Assembly (NCBI GenBank): GCA_963720465.1
Contig: OY970393.1
Span: forward strand, 2,048,001 to 2,112,000
DNA: 64,000 nt
Origin: Methanobacteriota archaeon
GTDB taxonomy: Archaea > Halobacteriota > Bog-38 > Methanoflorentales > Methanoflorentaceae
Direction of reading: 5' to 3'
The notes beneath the pieces are model-generated. The model was not told the origin of the DNA and made no database searches. It saw nothing but the letters and a program-made list of their open reading frames with translations. The translations under genes and the position numbers were made by a program. Of the stretch, positions 31,501 to 40,603 are shown one piece after another. Each line of letters opens with the position of its first letter. Positions within the stretch are counted from its first letter, which is position 1.

Positions 31501-32471
31501 TCCTCAACACGCGTGGCGCCTTCTTGAAGAAGAAGGGTGATGGCTTTGTGATAAAAAATGGGGAGAAATCATACGAGGTAGCGGCACGCAAGGTAGAAAG
31601 CATTCTGATAACGACGTCCGCGACTATCACCACTGATGCCATCAAGTGTGCGATGGAGAACAACATAGACGTTGTGTTTTTAGACCACTTTGGCGACCCC
31701 TTCGGCAGGGTGTGGCACTGTAAACTGGGAAGCACAACCCTCATCAGACGTCGGCAGCTCGAAACGTCCATGAAACCGCGTGGGTTACGGATGGCGCGCG
31801 GCTGGGCCCTCACCAAGATTGAAAACCAAGCGCGGTATCTCAAAGAGCTCAAGAAGAACCACCCCCCGATACAGTCGGACTTACATAAGTATATAGAGCA
31901 GCTCGAGCAATTGAGCGAGAAGATGGCCTCCGTTGGAGGGACGATTGATAAAAATCGCGGCAAAATCATGGGCCTCGAGGGATCGGCGTCGCGACTGTAC
32001 TTTGGGGCATTGGCACGCGTACTGCCTGAAAAGTGGACGTTTCACGGAAGAAGTCGCGACCCGGCCGCAGACGGATTTAATTGCATGTTAAACTACGGAT
32101 ACGGGGTTCTCTACTCAATGGTTGAAAAAGGGATTATTGTCGCCGGACTAGATCCGTATATCGGGTTCATTCATGTTGATAACTACAACAAGAAGTCATT
32201 TGTCTTTGATTTGATAGAACTCTATAGGACGTATGTCGATCAGACGGTTGTCCCGCTATTTACACGAAAGATGGTGAAGGAGGACATGTTCGACACCGTT
32301 CCTGGGGGGTTTACGCTCAACGCCGACGGCAAAACGCTGCTCTTGCAGCTGTTAAACGATGCCTTTGAAAGGTCGATCAATCACCGGGGCAGGAACGTAA
32401 AAATACGGAACATCATTCAACTTGATTGCCACCGGATCGCAAATGATCTGCTTTTGCCTGGGGATGAGTAA
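31491..32471 (+). CDS. cas1: Cas1 integrase
   Basis: GLEGSASRLYF, NCMLNYGYGVLY, GLDPYIGFIH, FDLIELYR. Confidence 0.97.
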   Translation: MQLVLNTRGAFLKKKGDGFVIKNGEKSYEVAARKVESILITTSATITTDAIKCAMENNIDVVFLDHFGDPFGRVWHCKLGSTTLIRRRQLETSMKPRGLRMARGWALTKIENQARYLKELKKNHPPIQSDLHKYIEQLEQLSEKMASVGGTIDKNRGKIMGLEGSASRLYFGALARVLPEKWTFHGRSRDPAADGFNCMLNYGYGVLYSMVEKGIIVAGLDPYIGFIHVDNYNKKSFVFDLIELYRTYVDQTVVPLFTRKMVKEDMFDTVPGGFTLNADGKTLLLQLLNDAFERSINHRGRNVKIRNIIQLDCHRIANDLLLPGDE

Positions 32472-32764
32472 TGTCCATCGTGTGGGTCGTGTACGACATC
32501 GCTGAGAACAAAGTACGAACAAAGGTCAGCAATGCCTGTATAAGCACCGGCTTGTATCGTGTGCAAAAGAGCGTTTTTCTTGGAACCTTAAGCGCAAATG
32601 AACGCGATGAATTGGCGCTTAAATGCGAGGAACTGATCGATGCAGACGTTGATTCAGTCTACATCTTTCCCATGGATCAACAGTCTTTCAAGAGCGTGAA
32701 AATGCTTGGTCAGGCATTTAGCAAAGACCTTGTGAGTGATAAAGTGCGCGCTCTCTTCGTTTAA
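32471..32764 (+). CDS. cas2: Cas2
   Basis: VVYDI, RVQKSVFLG, DSVYIFP. Confidence 0.96.
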   Translation: MSIVWVVYDIAENKVRTKVSNACISTGLYRVQKSVFLGTLSANERDELALKCEELIDADVDSVYIFPMDQQSFKSVKMLGQAFSKDLVSDKVRALFV

Positions 32765-32774
32765 GGGTTTGTTC

Positions 32775-33377
32775 ATGTCATACTGTGATAATGAAGAGAG
32801 GGCAATTGTCACCATTACTGATGTACTAGAATACACCTTCTGCCCGCGCTTCATCTTCTATATGCGTTGTCTTAATATCCCCCAGCACGAGGAGAAACGG
32901 TTCAAGGTGCGAAAAGGCCGTGAGGTCCACAAAACACGCGCTATGACAAATAAGGGGTACTTGCGACACAAGATAAACGTCGTAAAAAAAGAGAGCGAAG
33001 TGTTGTTAACGTCACAGCGACATCGGATTAAGGGTAAGGTAGACGAAGTGCTGTTTTTAGCGGACGGAACCGCTGCACCGCTTGAATACAAATTTGCGGA
33101 GTTCAAGCGAACCGTGTGGTCCACGCATGCACTGCAACTGATACTTCAAGCTTTGTTAATCGAGGAGAACTACGGTACAACGGTCAAGAGTGGATTTGTG
33201 TGTTACACGCGGAGTAACGATGTTGTCAAAAGGGTTGATATAACTGATCGTGATTATGATCGCGCTTTGCTGGTTATTAGCGACATCCTTAAAATGATAG
33301 ATATAGGATATTATCCAGCTAACATGAGACCAAATAAGCGCTGTTCCGACTGTTGCTATAGAAACGTATGTGCTTAG
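32775..33377 (+). CDS. cas4: Cas4 (RecB-like nuclease, 4Fe-4S)
   Basis: FCPR, G.EVH, GKVDEV, EYK, C-terminal CSDCCYRNVC. The QxxxY position reads QLILQ. Confidence 0.93.
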   Translation: MSYCDNEERAIVTITDVLEYTFCPRFIFYMRCLNIPQHEEKRFKVRKGREVHKTRAMTNKGYLRHKINVVKKESEVLLTSQRHRIKGKVDEVLFLADGTAAPLEYKFAEFKRTVWSTHALQLILQALLIEENYGTTVKSGFVCYTRSNDVVKRVDITDRDYDRALLVISDILKMIDIGYYPANMRPNKRCSDCCYRNVCA

Positions 33378-33484
33378 TTTTCTGAAGTATTTAAAGACAC
33401 CAATAGAAATGGCATCAGAACGTTCAGTACCAAGAGGGGGTAGGATATCAACAATATTCGACAAAAGGAGTATTTTCGGCAGCT
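33378..33484 (+). promoter_or_regulatory. CRISPR leader
   Basis: Non-coding 107 bp between the cas4 stop and repeat 1, with a TATA-like TTTAAA near 33390. Confidence 0.75.
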
Positions 33485-36400
33485 CTTACAGAGCTACATC
33501 CAATAAAACAAGGATTGAAACTTGGGGGTCTAAAGATGGTACACGCGTGGTTAAGCCTTACAGAGCTACATCCAATAAAACAAGGATTGAAACCGACTCA
33601 GGAAGCGCAGTATAAAGAGGACCATATAGCCTTACAGAGCTACATCCAATAAAACAAGGATTGAAACGTCGAGAGCCTGATAAGTTTGCTATAGTCGTTT
33701 TGTTCTTACAGAGCTACATCCAATAAAACAAGGATTGAAACTAAATACGTAGGCGACGAAAAATCGCAGGGAGGCCACTTACAGAGCTACATCCAATAAA
33801 ACAAGGATTGAAACCCCAATAAGGACGTATCGCCGCGGTGTCAAAAGACGCGCTTACCGTTACATTGCCGTTCGGCCCAGTTACCACGGGAACGGGGTAG
33901 TCGAGAGGGTTTATTCCTATATTGTGGTGAATGACAAGCTTACAGAGCTACATCCAATAAAACAAGGATTGAAACTTCGAACTCATCTGGGTCTACACGC
34001 CGCATCCAACTTACAGAGCTACATCCAATAAAACAAGGATTGAAACACCAACAGTCCGATTGTGGCAAGTTTCACCCTCGGCGGTACCAAGACGGTTACG
34101 AGCGGAACCTTTACGCTAACGTTCGCAACCTTACAGAGCTACATCCAATAAAACAAGGATTGAAACCTGATATTGTGTGAGTCCCTAGGGACAACCCGCT
34201 ACTTACAGAGCTACATCCAATAAAACAAGGATTGAAACCTGGTGAGCCGAGCATCAATGAGTTTACAGCGATCTGCTTACAGAGCTACATCCAATAAAAC
34301 AAGGATTGAAACAAGGCGATCACACTCGTGAAATTGAATTTAGAAAACCTTACAGAGCTACATCCAATAAAACAAGGATTGAAACTAAGTTGCTTCGGTG
34401 AATGGTGTTTTTGTGATATACTTACAGAGCTACATCCAATAAAACAAGGATTGAAACCTAGCGCAGAAGGACGATGGGGACACTGACATGCTCTTACAGA
34501 GCTACATCCAATAAAACAAGGATTGAAACCTTTGTGCTGTTCGTTCCTACATTAAAAGTCCCCGACGCTTACAGAGCTACATCCAATAAAACAAGGATTG
34601 AAACCGACGTTGCGTTCCAGCTCCAGCGCGTCATCTCAGACTTACAGAGCTACATCCAATAAAACAAGGATTGAAACTTCCTCCCTTAAGTTTGGCACGT
34701 TCAATGCCTTCTTACAGAGCTACATCCAATAAAACAAGGATTGAAACTCGTTGAACGACACCGCCATGACGCCCGAGCCGAGGATGCTTACAGAGCTACA
34801 TCCAATAAAACAAGGATTGAAACCACATTCTATATCCCCCAACTCTCCTTTCCTAGTGCCTTACAGAGCTACATCCAATAAAACAAGGATTGAAACTCAT
34901 CAGGCTTAATATGTATAACGAACCGGATTTGGCTTACAGAGCTACATCCAATAAAACAAGGATTGAAACCCAAGAGTCAACCATCAGTCTACGACGTGCA
35001 CGTGAACTTACAGAGCTACATCCAATAAAACAAGGATTGAAACTCAATAACTGGGACCAGATCACCGGAGGAGGCCCTCTTACAGAGCTACATCCAATAA
35101 AACAAGGATTGAAACTTTGAGTGGGTTCAGCATTTCCTACGCCCAACCAAAACCTTACAGAGCTACATCCAATAAAACAAGGATTGAAACATCCCGACGA
35201 TACGACCGACCGTATCGTGAACCCCGCTTACAGAGCTACATCCAATAAAACAAGGATTGAAACACCGAGAGCGCACGATACGCGAGCTTAAAGAGACTTA
35301 CAGAGCTACATCCAATAAAACAAGGATTGAAACTCGGAGTAAGCAAGCGACGATCAGCGACTGCTAGTTGTCTTACAGAGCTACATCCAATAAAACAAGG
35401 ATTGAAACACGGATGCGGATTCGATGGGTATTGAGGTCATACTGCTTACAGAGCTACATCCAATAAAACAAGGATTGAAACTGCTCCAACACCAGACCAT
35501 TCACGCACAGCTGGAACTTACAGAGCTACATCCAATAAAACAAGGATTGAAACTACAAAGACGACCGAGAGCGATCCGAAGCAAGATCAACTTACAGAGC
35601 TACATCCAATAAAACAAGGATTGAAACTCGTTTCTGCCATCTTTAGTATCGCTTGACACGCGCTTCTTACAGAGCTACATCCAATAAAACAAGGATTGAA
35701 ACCTTGGATCATAGTTTTGGTTTTGTTTGTTTTATTTGACCTTACAGAGCTACATCCAATAAAACAAGGATTGAAACTCAAACGGGCAACACCACATCCC
35801 GCCAGAGATGGTATCTTACAGAGCTACATCCAATAAAACAAGGATTGAAACGCCACATTGGTTTAAAGTTCGCGCTGAATAACAAACTTACAGAGCTACA
35901 TCCAATAAAACAAGGATTGAAACGAGTTGGGATCTACAGCTTGACGCCAACAGTTCCAACTTACAGAGCTACATCCAATAAAACAAGGATTGAAACCGGG
36001 TGGGTGCCAGCGATACCCTCAGCACATCCAGCTTACAGAGCTACATCCAATAAAACAAGGATTGAAACGCCACATGATTCATGACTGTCGGAAGTGTCGG
36101 CTTTATCTTACAGAGCTACATCCAATAAAACAAGGATTGAAACTGACACCGCTCAGGCAGCCCGCGTCCCCGTCACTGGCTTACAGAGCTACATCCAATA
36201 AAACAAGGATTGAAACCAATTAAAAGCAGTTAAGACGTGCGCGCAGTGCTCCTTACAGAGCTACATCCAATAAAACAAGGATTGAAACTTGTAGTAACGG
36301 GCTCTTCTTCTGGGGAGATACCTCTTACAGAGCTACATCCAATAAAACAAGGATTGAAACATTCAGAACTAAAGAGGCATAGGATATGTCAAAAGACTTA

Positions 36401-37915
36401 CAGAGCTACATCCAATAAAACAAGGATTGAAACTGAACGATTCCGCTTCCTGCGCTCCGTTTTGCCATCTTACAGAGCTACATCCAATAAAACAAGGATT
36501 GAAACTTGAGGGTGGTACGGCTTTTGTAAACTTCAGCGCGACTTACAGAGCTACATCCAATAAAACAAGGATTGAAACCCAACCCTCGACATGAGGGAAC
36601 TAGACTGCCCTCTTACAGAGCTACATCCAATAAAACAAGGATTGAAACTGTTGCCCGTGGTTTCGGTGCCCGCGTTAAACACCTTACAGAGCTACATCCA
36701 ATAAAACAAGGATTGAAACTTAGTAAAATCGGTCGCTCCGCTCAAGGCGCAAGGCTTACAGAGCTACATCCAATAAAACAAGGATTGAAACTTTTTACAG
36801 TTGGAGAGAAGATAATACAGGTACTCGACCTTACAGAGCTACATCCAATAAAACAAGGATTGAAACCGGAACCTACGCCACGGCAGGCTGGGCAGGCTGC
36901 AACTTACAGAGCTACATCCAATAAAACAAGGATTGAAACTATTTTAGGGATAATCTATACACACGCACGGTTTAAACTTACAGAGCTACATCCAATAAAA
37001 CAAGGATTGAAACTCTATGGGCTTTCACGTATGGTGTCGCACTGCAAGACTTACAGAGCTACATCCAATAAAACAAGGATTGAAACCCAACACACCTGGC
37101 AAATCGGTCTGAATATAAACCAACTTACAGAGCTACATCCAATAAAACAAGGATTGAAACCTGTGACCTGGAAATAATAATTGGTGTTCAACTGCAGGCT
37201 TACAGAGCTACATCCAATAAAACAAGGATTGAAACAACATGAAGTTAGCGTATGATATCGGCGCTCTGATCTTACAGAGCTACATCCAATAAAACAAGGA
37301 TTGAAACGAAAATAACAGCGGCAACCTCGTGTTCGTGGAGTTCCTTACAGAGCTACATCCAATAAAACAAGGATTGAAACACTTTTCCAGGGTTTCAGGT
37401 CCCTGCTCGACGGCGACTTACAGAGCTACATCCAATAAAACAAGGATTGAAACAGTTGTTTGTGCCATAATCTGCTCCTTTTTTAACTTACAGAGCTACA
37501 TCCAATAAAACAAGGATTGAAACCTGCTATCGGTTTAGCGTGCTGGGTCGCTGAAGATCTTACAGAGCTACATCCAATAAAACAAGGATTGAAACTCTAG
37601 CAAAACCAAGAGGCAAAAATGAGTGATAAACTTACAGAGCTACATCCAATAAAACAAGGATTGAAACCCCATACCGCTTCCACCAGTGGCACTGTAGTGC
37701 AACAAGGCACCCACAGAGTTATATCCCACTCGCTTACAGAGCTACATCCAATAAAACAAGGATTGAAACACCACACCTCCCTTGCCGCCCTGCTTCGAAA
37801 GCACGGCTTACAGAGCTACATCCAATAAAACAAGGATTGAAACTTTATGAAGTGAACGATGCAAAGGCTTGGAATAGCCTTACAGAGCTACATCCAATAA
37901 AACAAGGATTGAAAC
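33485..37915 (+). CRISPR. CRISPR array: 59 identical 37-bp repeats (CTTACAGAGCTACATCCAATAAAACAAGGATTGAAAC), 58 spacers
   Basis: Counted by hand. Spacers are 33-39 bp except no. 5 (124 bp), no. 7 (83 bp) and no. 56 (65 bp). The repeat ends in the ATTGAAAC handle. Confidence 0.99.
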
Positions 37916-38120
37916 CCCGCATAGAAGATAATAGATTCGGGACTTTTGTACTCCCCGCTGAGCGCGTCAGCGCTGTGTCTTTGCAGAAAACGAAGCTTCG
38001 TTCCGCGCCTCGGGCAGAAACTGGGCATATCGCAAGTAATTCGGCCTGAAATAACATGCATGTACTTGAGGTATCAAAGAGCTGCAAGACTGGCTTGCAC
38101 TCTTAGCGGAGCGCCGATAG

Positions 38121-38723
38121 CTAAATCAAAATGAGTTTTCCGGCTAGTGTGAGCTCGTAGCCCTCAGAGGTCTCGTTGATAAGTCCCTGTTCCTTCAAGT
38201 CGCGCAGGTGCGTGTATGTCATCGTCCGACTGATATCCAGCTCGTCTTTGAGTACTTCAATGTCGCTGACGCCCTTGTTGATCATCTTAAGGAGATCGAG
38301 CTTCGTCTTATGAAGGCTCCACGAGATCTTGGGTATAGGAAGGACCTGATGGGCCTCCTCCGTCACGTAAAAGACTTCGCTGACCTTGTCGATGTTCTTG
38401 AACACCCCGAGCAACGCGCTGATTGATCCTGTCTTGCGCCCGCCGGTTATATTAACAAACACGCGGTTGCCCTTGTCGTGTTCGCTGTTGATAAGGTAGG
38501 TCATAAGGTCAACGAGGCCGAGGATGTCGTACCAGTTCTGCACCTCCTTCACTTCGATGTCGACGATGGCGCCGAAGGTGTTTTGCATGAGGCTCTCGAT
38601 CTTCTTGGCCTCCGAGGGCGGGTCCGTTTCGCGGATGAGAATGAGCTTTTTTACGTTGAACGTCTGCATACCGATGATAAGCGGTTCAGCTTCAAACCCG
38701 AGGGTGGCGATCATTACGTTCAT
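38121..38723 (-). CDS. csa3: Csa3-like CARF + winged-HTH transcriptional regulator
   Basis: IATLGF N-terminal strand, VNITGGRK CARF motif, C-terminal wHTH (ISRTMTYTHLRDLKEQGLI...YELTLAG). Confidence 0.82.
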   Translation of the reverse strand: MNVMIATLGFEAEPLIIGMQTFNVKKLILIRETDPPSEAKKIESLMQNTFGAIVDIEVKEVQNWYDILGLVDLMTYLINSEHDKGNRVFVNITGGRKTGSISALLGVFKNIDKVSEVFYVTEEAHQVLPIPKISWSLHKTKLDLLKMINKGVSDIEVLKDELDISRTMTYTHLRDLKEQGLINETSEGYELTLAGKLILI

Positions 38724-38971
38724 TGCACAAGGCTCCGCTGCGTTAGTGAACTCAGCGGTATGTAGTTTCAGGGTCTAATACTAAAAGTTTATCTAAAACG
38801 CGTTATGAGCGCTCCAATCATTATGACAGAAGAAACGCACTTAACGCACGTTCGTTGCAGACCAGTGTGCGATGAGCGCTTGGTCATCGCAACTCGAGGG
38901 GTCTTCAATAAGTCGCGCTCTTGGCGATCGAACCGCCCGTCTAAAAAAAGAAAAAAGGGGAGCGAAAACGC

Positions 38972-39490
38972 TCACGACAGGGTTGTTACTACCTGATTTA
39001 TTCCGTCGCTGTACGTTAAGGTCGTCGCAGTCGCGCTCTGCGGTACTTCGAACGCTATCTGTCCTGACACCTTCTCCCCGGGATTCGTATTTGACACTAC
39101 ACTAAGTGCATTGTTGCCGAGGAACGACGAAGAGGTTATTTCGTACACCGTTCCGCCTGACGTCGTCAGTTTGAAATCGTATGGGTTGCCGAGGTCCCAA
39201 TTTTTCTGGTTGAGATTTGTTACTGTGACGTCGAAGATGAGGAACTTGTTGCCCGGTTGTGGCGTGCTTACGACGTAGCCGCTCCCTATTTGGCTTGCCG
39301 TTTGCTGCGAATTGATCGTTACGGCGACGCCTGCGTTACCGCTGCCACCGCCTGACGAATTCTGCGTCGTGGTGTTCGTCGTGCAGCCAGCGGTTGCGAC
39401 TAAAACGAGCGAACCAATAAATAATAGCGGTAGCGCCTTTTTCAGTGGCATGTTAATATGGCGCTTCATCATTTTTGCTACTGGATTCAT
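38972..39490 (-). CDS. DUF4352-like lipoprotein
   Basis: LVATAGC lipobox, PQPGNKFLIFDVTVTN, PGEKVSGQIAFEVP. Confidence 0.82.
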   Translation of the reverse strand: MNPVAKMMKRHINMPLKKALPLLFIGSLVLVATAGCTTNTTTQNSSGGGSGNAGVAVTINSQQTASQIGSGYVVSTPQPGNKFLIFDVTVTNLNQKNWDLGNPYDFKLTTSGGTVYEITSSSFLGNNALSVVSNTNPGEKVSGQIAFEVPQSATATTLTYSDGINQVVTTLS

Positions 39491-39513
39491 TTTGAATTTC
39501 ACCTCCGAGCACA

Positions 39514-39870
39514 TCACGTGTTTTGTCCAGCGATCTGAGCGCCAGCAACGCGCTCCCTTTTTTGCATCAAGATGATGATGCCGCCAACGAGGAACAGTAT
39601 GAACGTGAGGACACCGAAAAGACTGATCGATATGACCACTCCAAGCGCCCCGACAATCATGAGAACTGCTCCGATGATTTTTCGCTGTTCGAGCACACCG
39701 CCAGCGATTCCGACTATCGAGAAGATGAAGGCTCCCGCAGCGTTCGTATAGAGCGATGACGCTCCCGTCGCGTTGAATGCCTGGCCAATTCCTCCGATGA
39801 GGACTACGAGTACGGCGGCGAGGATTCCAAAAATCCCTCCTATTATTCCGAGCCAAAATGCTTTGCCCAC
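39514..39870 (-). CDS. DUF4064-like four-TM membrane protein
   Basis: FWLGIIGGIFG...SIVGIAGG...GAVLMIVGA. GGAGG RBS and GTG start. Confidence 0.75.
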   Translation of the reverse strand: MGKAFWLGIIGGIFGILAAVLVVLIGGIGQAFNATGASSLYTNAAGAFIFSIVGIAGGVLEQRKIIGAVLMIVGALGVVISISLFGVLTFILFLVGGIIILMQKRERVAGAQIAGQNT

Positions 39871-40174
39871 GTGTTTGCCTCCTTTGGGTGCACCCGCGCA
39901 TCTGTCCTTACCTGATTCCTGCAGAATGTTGACGTCGCACGCGAGTGTAAATTTTGTATATTTACAATAAAGTCTTTTAATATATTAAACTAACTAAATT
40001 TAATAATCATAAAAAAGTATTAATCTATTGTAATTGAAACAGTTATAAATATTAAAACTTTAAAATAAGGCTATAAACATAACTCATTGTAACTCTCAAC
40101 GCTACAGGCGTATCTGCAAGATGAGCTAGGATAGCCTACCACAAAAATGCCATAGCTACTAATGGACTAATAAA

Positions 40175-40400
40175 ATGGAATCTTTCGTGGAAGCGTTTCT
40201 CGAACGCTCATCTTTTGGGCCGCCGCAGCAGCACAAGACGGCACGTGCGTACCTTTACGCCACGCCGACGTGACCGGACCCGCGTACAACACGCTCTCCG
40301 AAGCGCTGCAGCGCGGCACGCTAACGATCACTGAGATCTCCGCTCAAGCGTCAGTGCCTACCCTCTTAGTCGTTAACAATTACGGCCTGCCGGTGCTCCT
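40175..40400 (+). pseudogene. N-terminal remnant of an ARPP-1/DUF6569-like gene
   Basis: YNTLSEALQRGTLTITEISAQASVPTLLVVN...PVLL, then similarity ends abruptly. Confidence 0.6.
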
Positions 40401-40530
40401 TCCGTGGAGAGGATTGTGCGGCGTTCCGCTCCACTCTTTCGCCGCAATTATAGCAAAATTTCGCGTTTTCGGGAACCTGCACCCCGCAATGAACGCATCT
40501 CTTTTTCCCCTTAGCCTATGCATCTGTCAT
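40400..40530 (-). pseudogene. Zinc-ribbon gene 5' remnant with an early stop
   Basis: Manual translation MTDA*AKGKKRCVHCGVQVPENAKFCYNCGERV. Confidence 0.65.
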
Positions 40531-40603
40531 AGTATAGCTCCAGTCAAAACGAATCGTTTTCAAGTTTTTTTCTGCGCCCGCGTTCACCGACAGTGGTCGA
40601 GCG

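Noticed and set aside
24925-33377. Gene order cas8b-7-5-3-6-1-2-4 as a novelty
   Set aside because: As I recall, it matches the known Methanosarcina-type I-B arrangement, and the repeat belongs to the same family.
33522-37878. Self-targeting or duplicated spacers within the window
   Set aside because: None was seen in a partial check by eye. A BLASTN of all 58 spacers against the window is needed to exclude it.
33370-38087. ORFs inside the CRISPR array (recurring YRATSNKTRIET / LTELHPIKQGLK peptides)
   Set aside because: They are translations of the repeat, not genes.
39491-39901. 309-aa ORF version of the DUF4352 gene
   Set aside because: The extension overlaps the real membrane-protein gene in another frame. 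The paralog at 59933 shows the true start is 39490.
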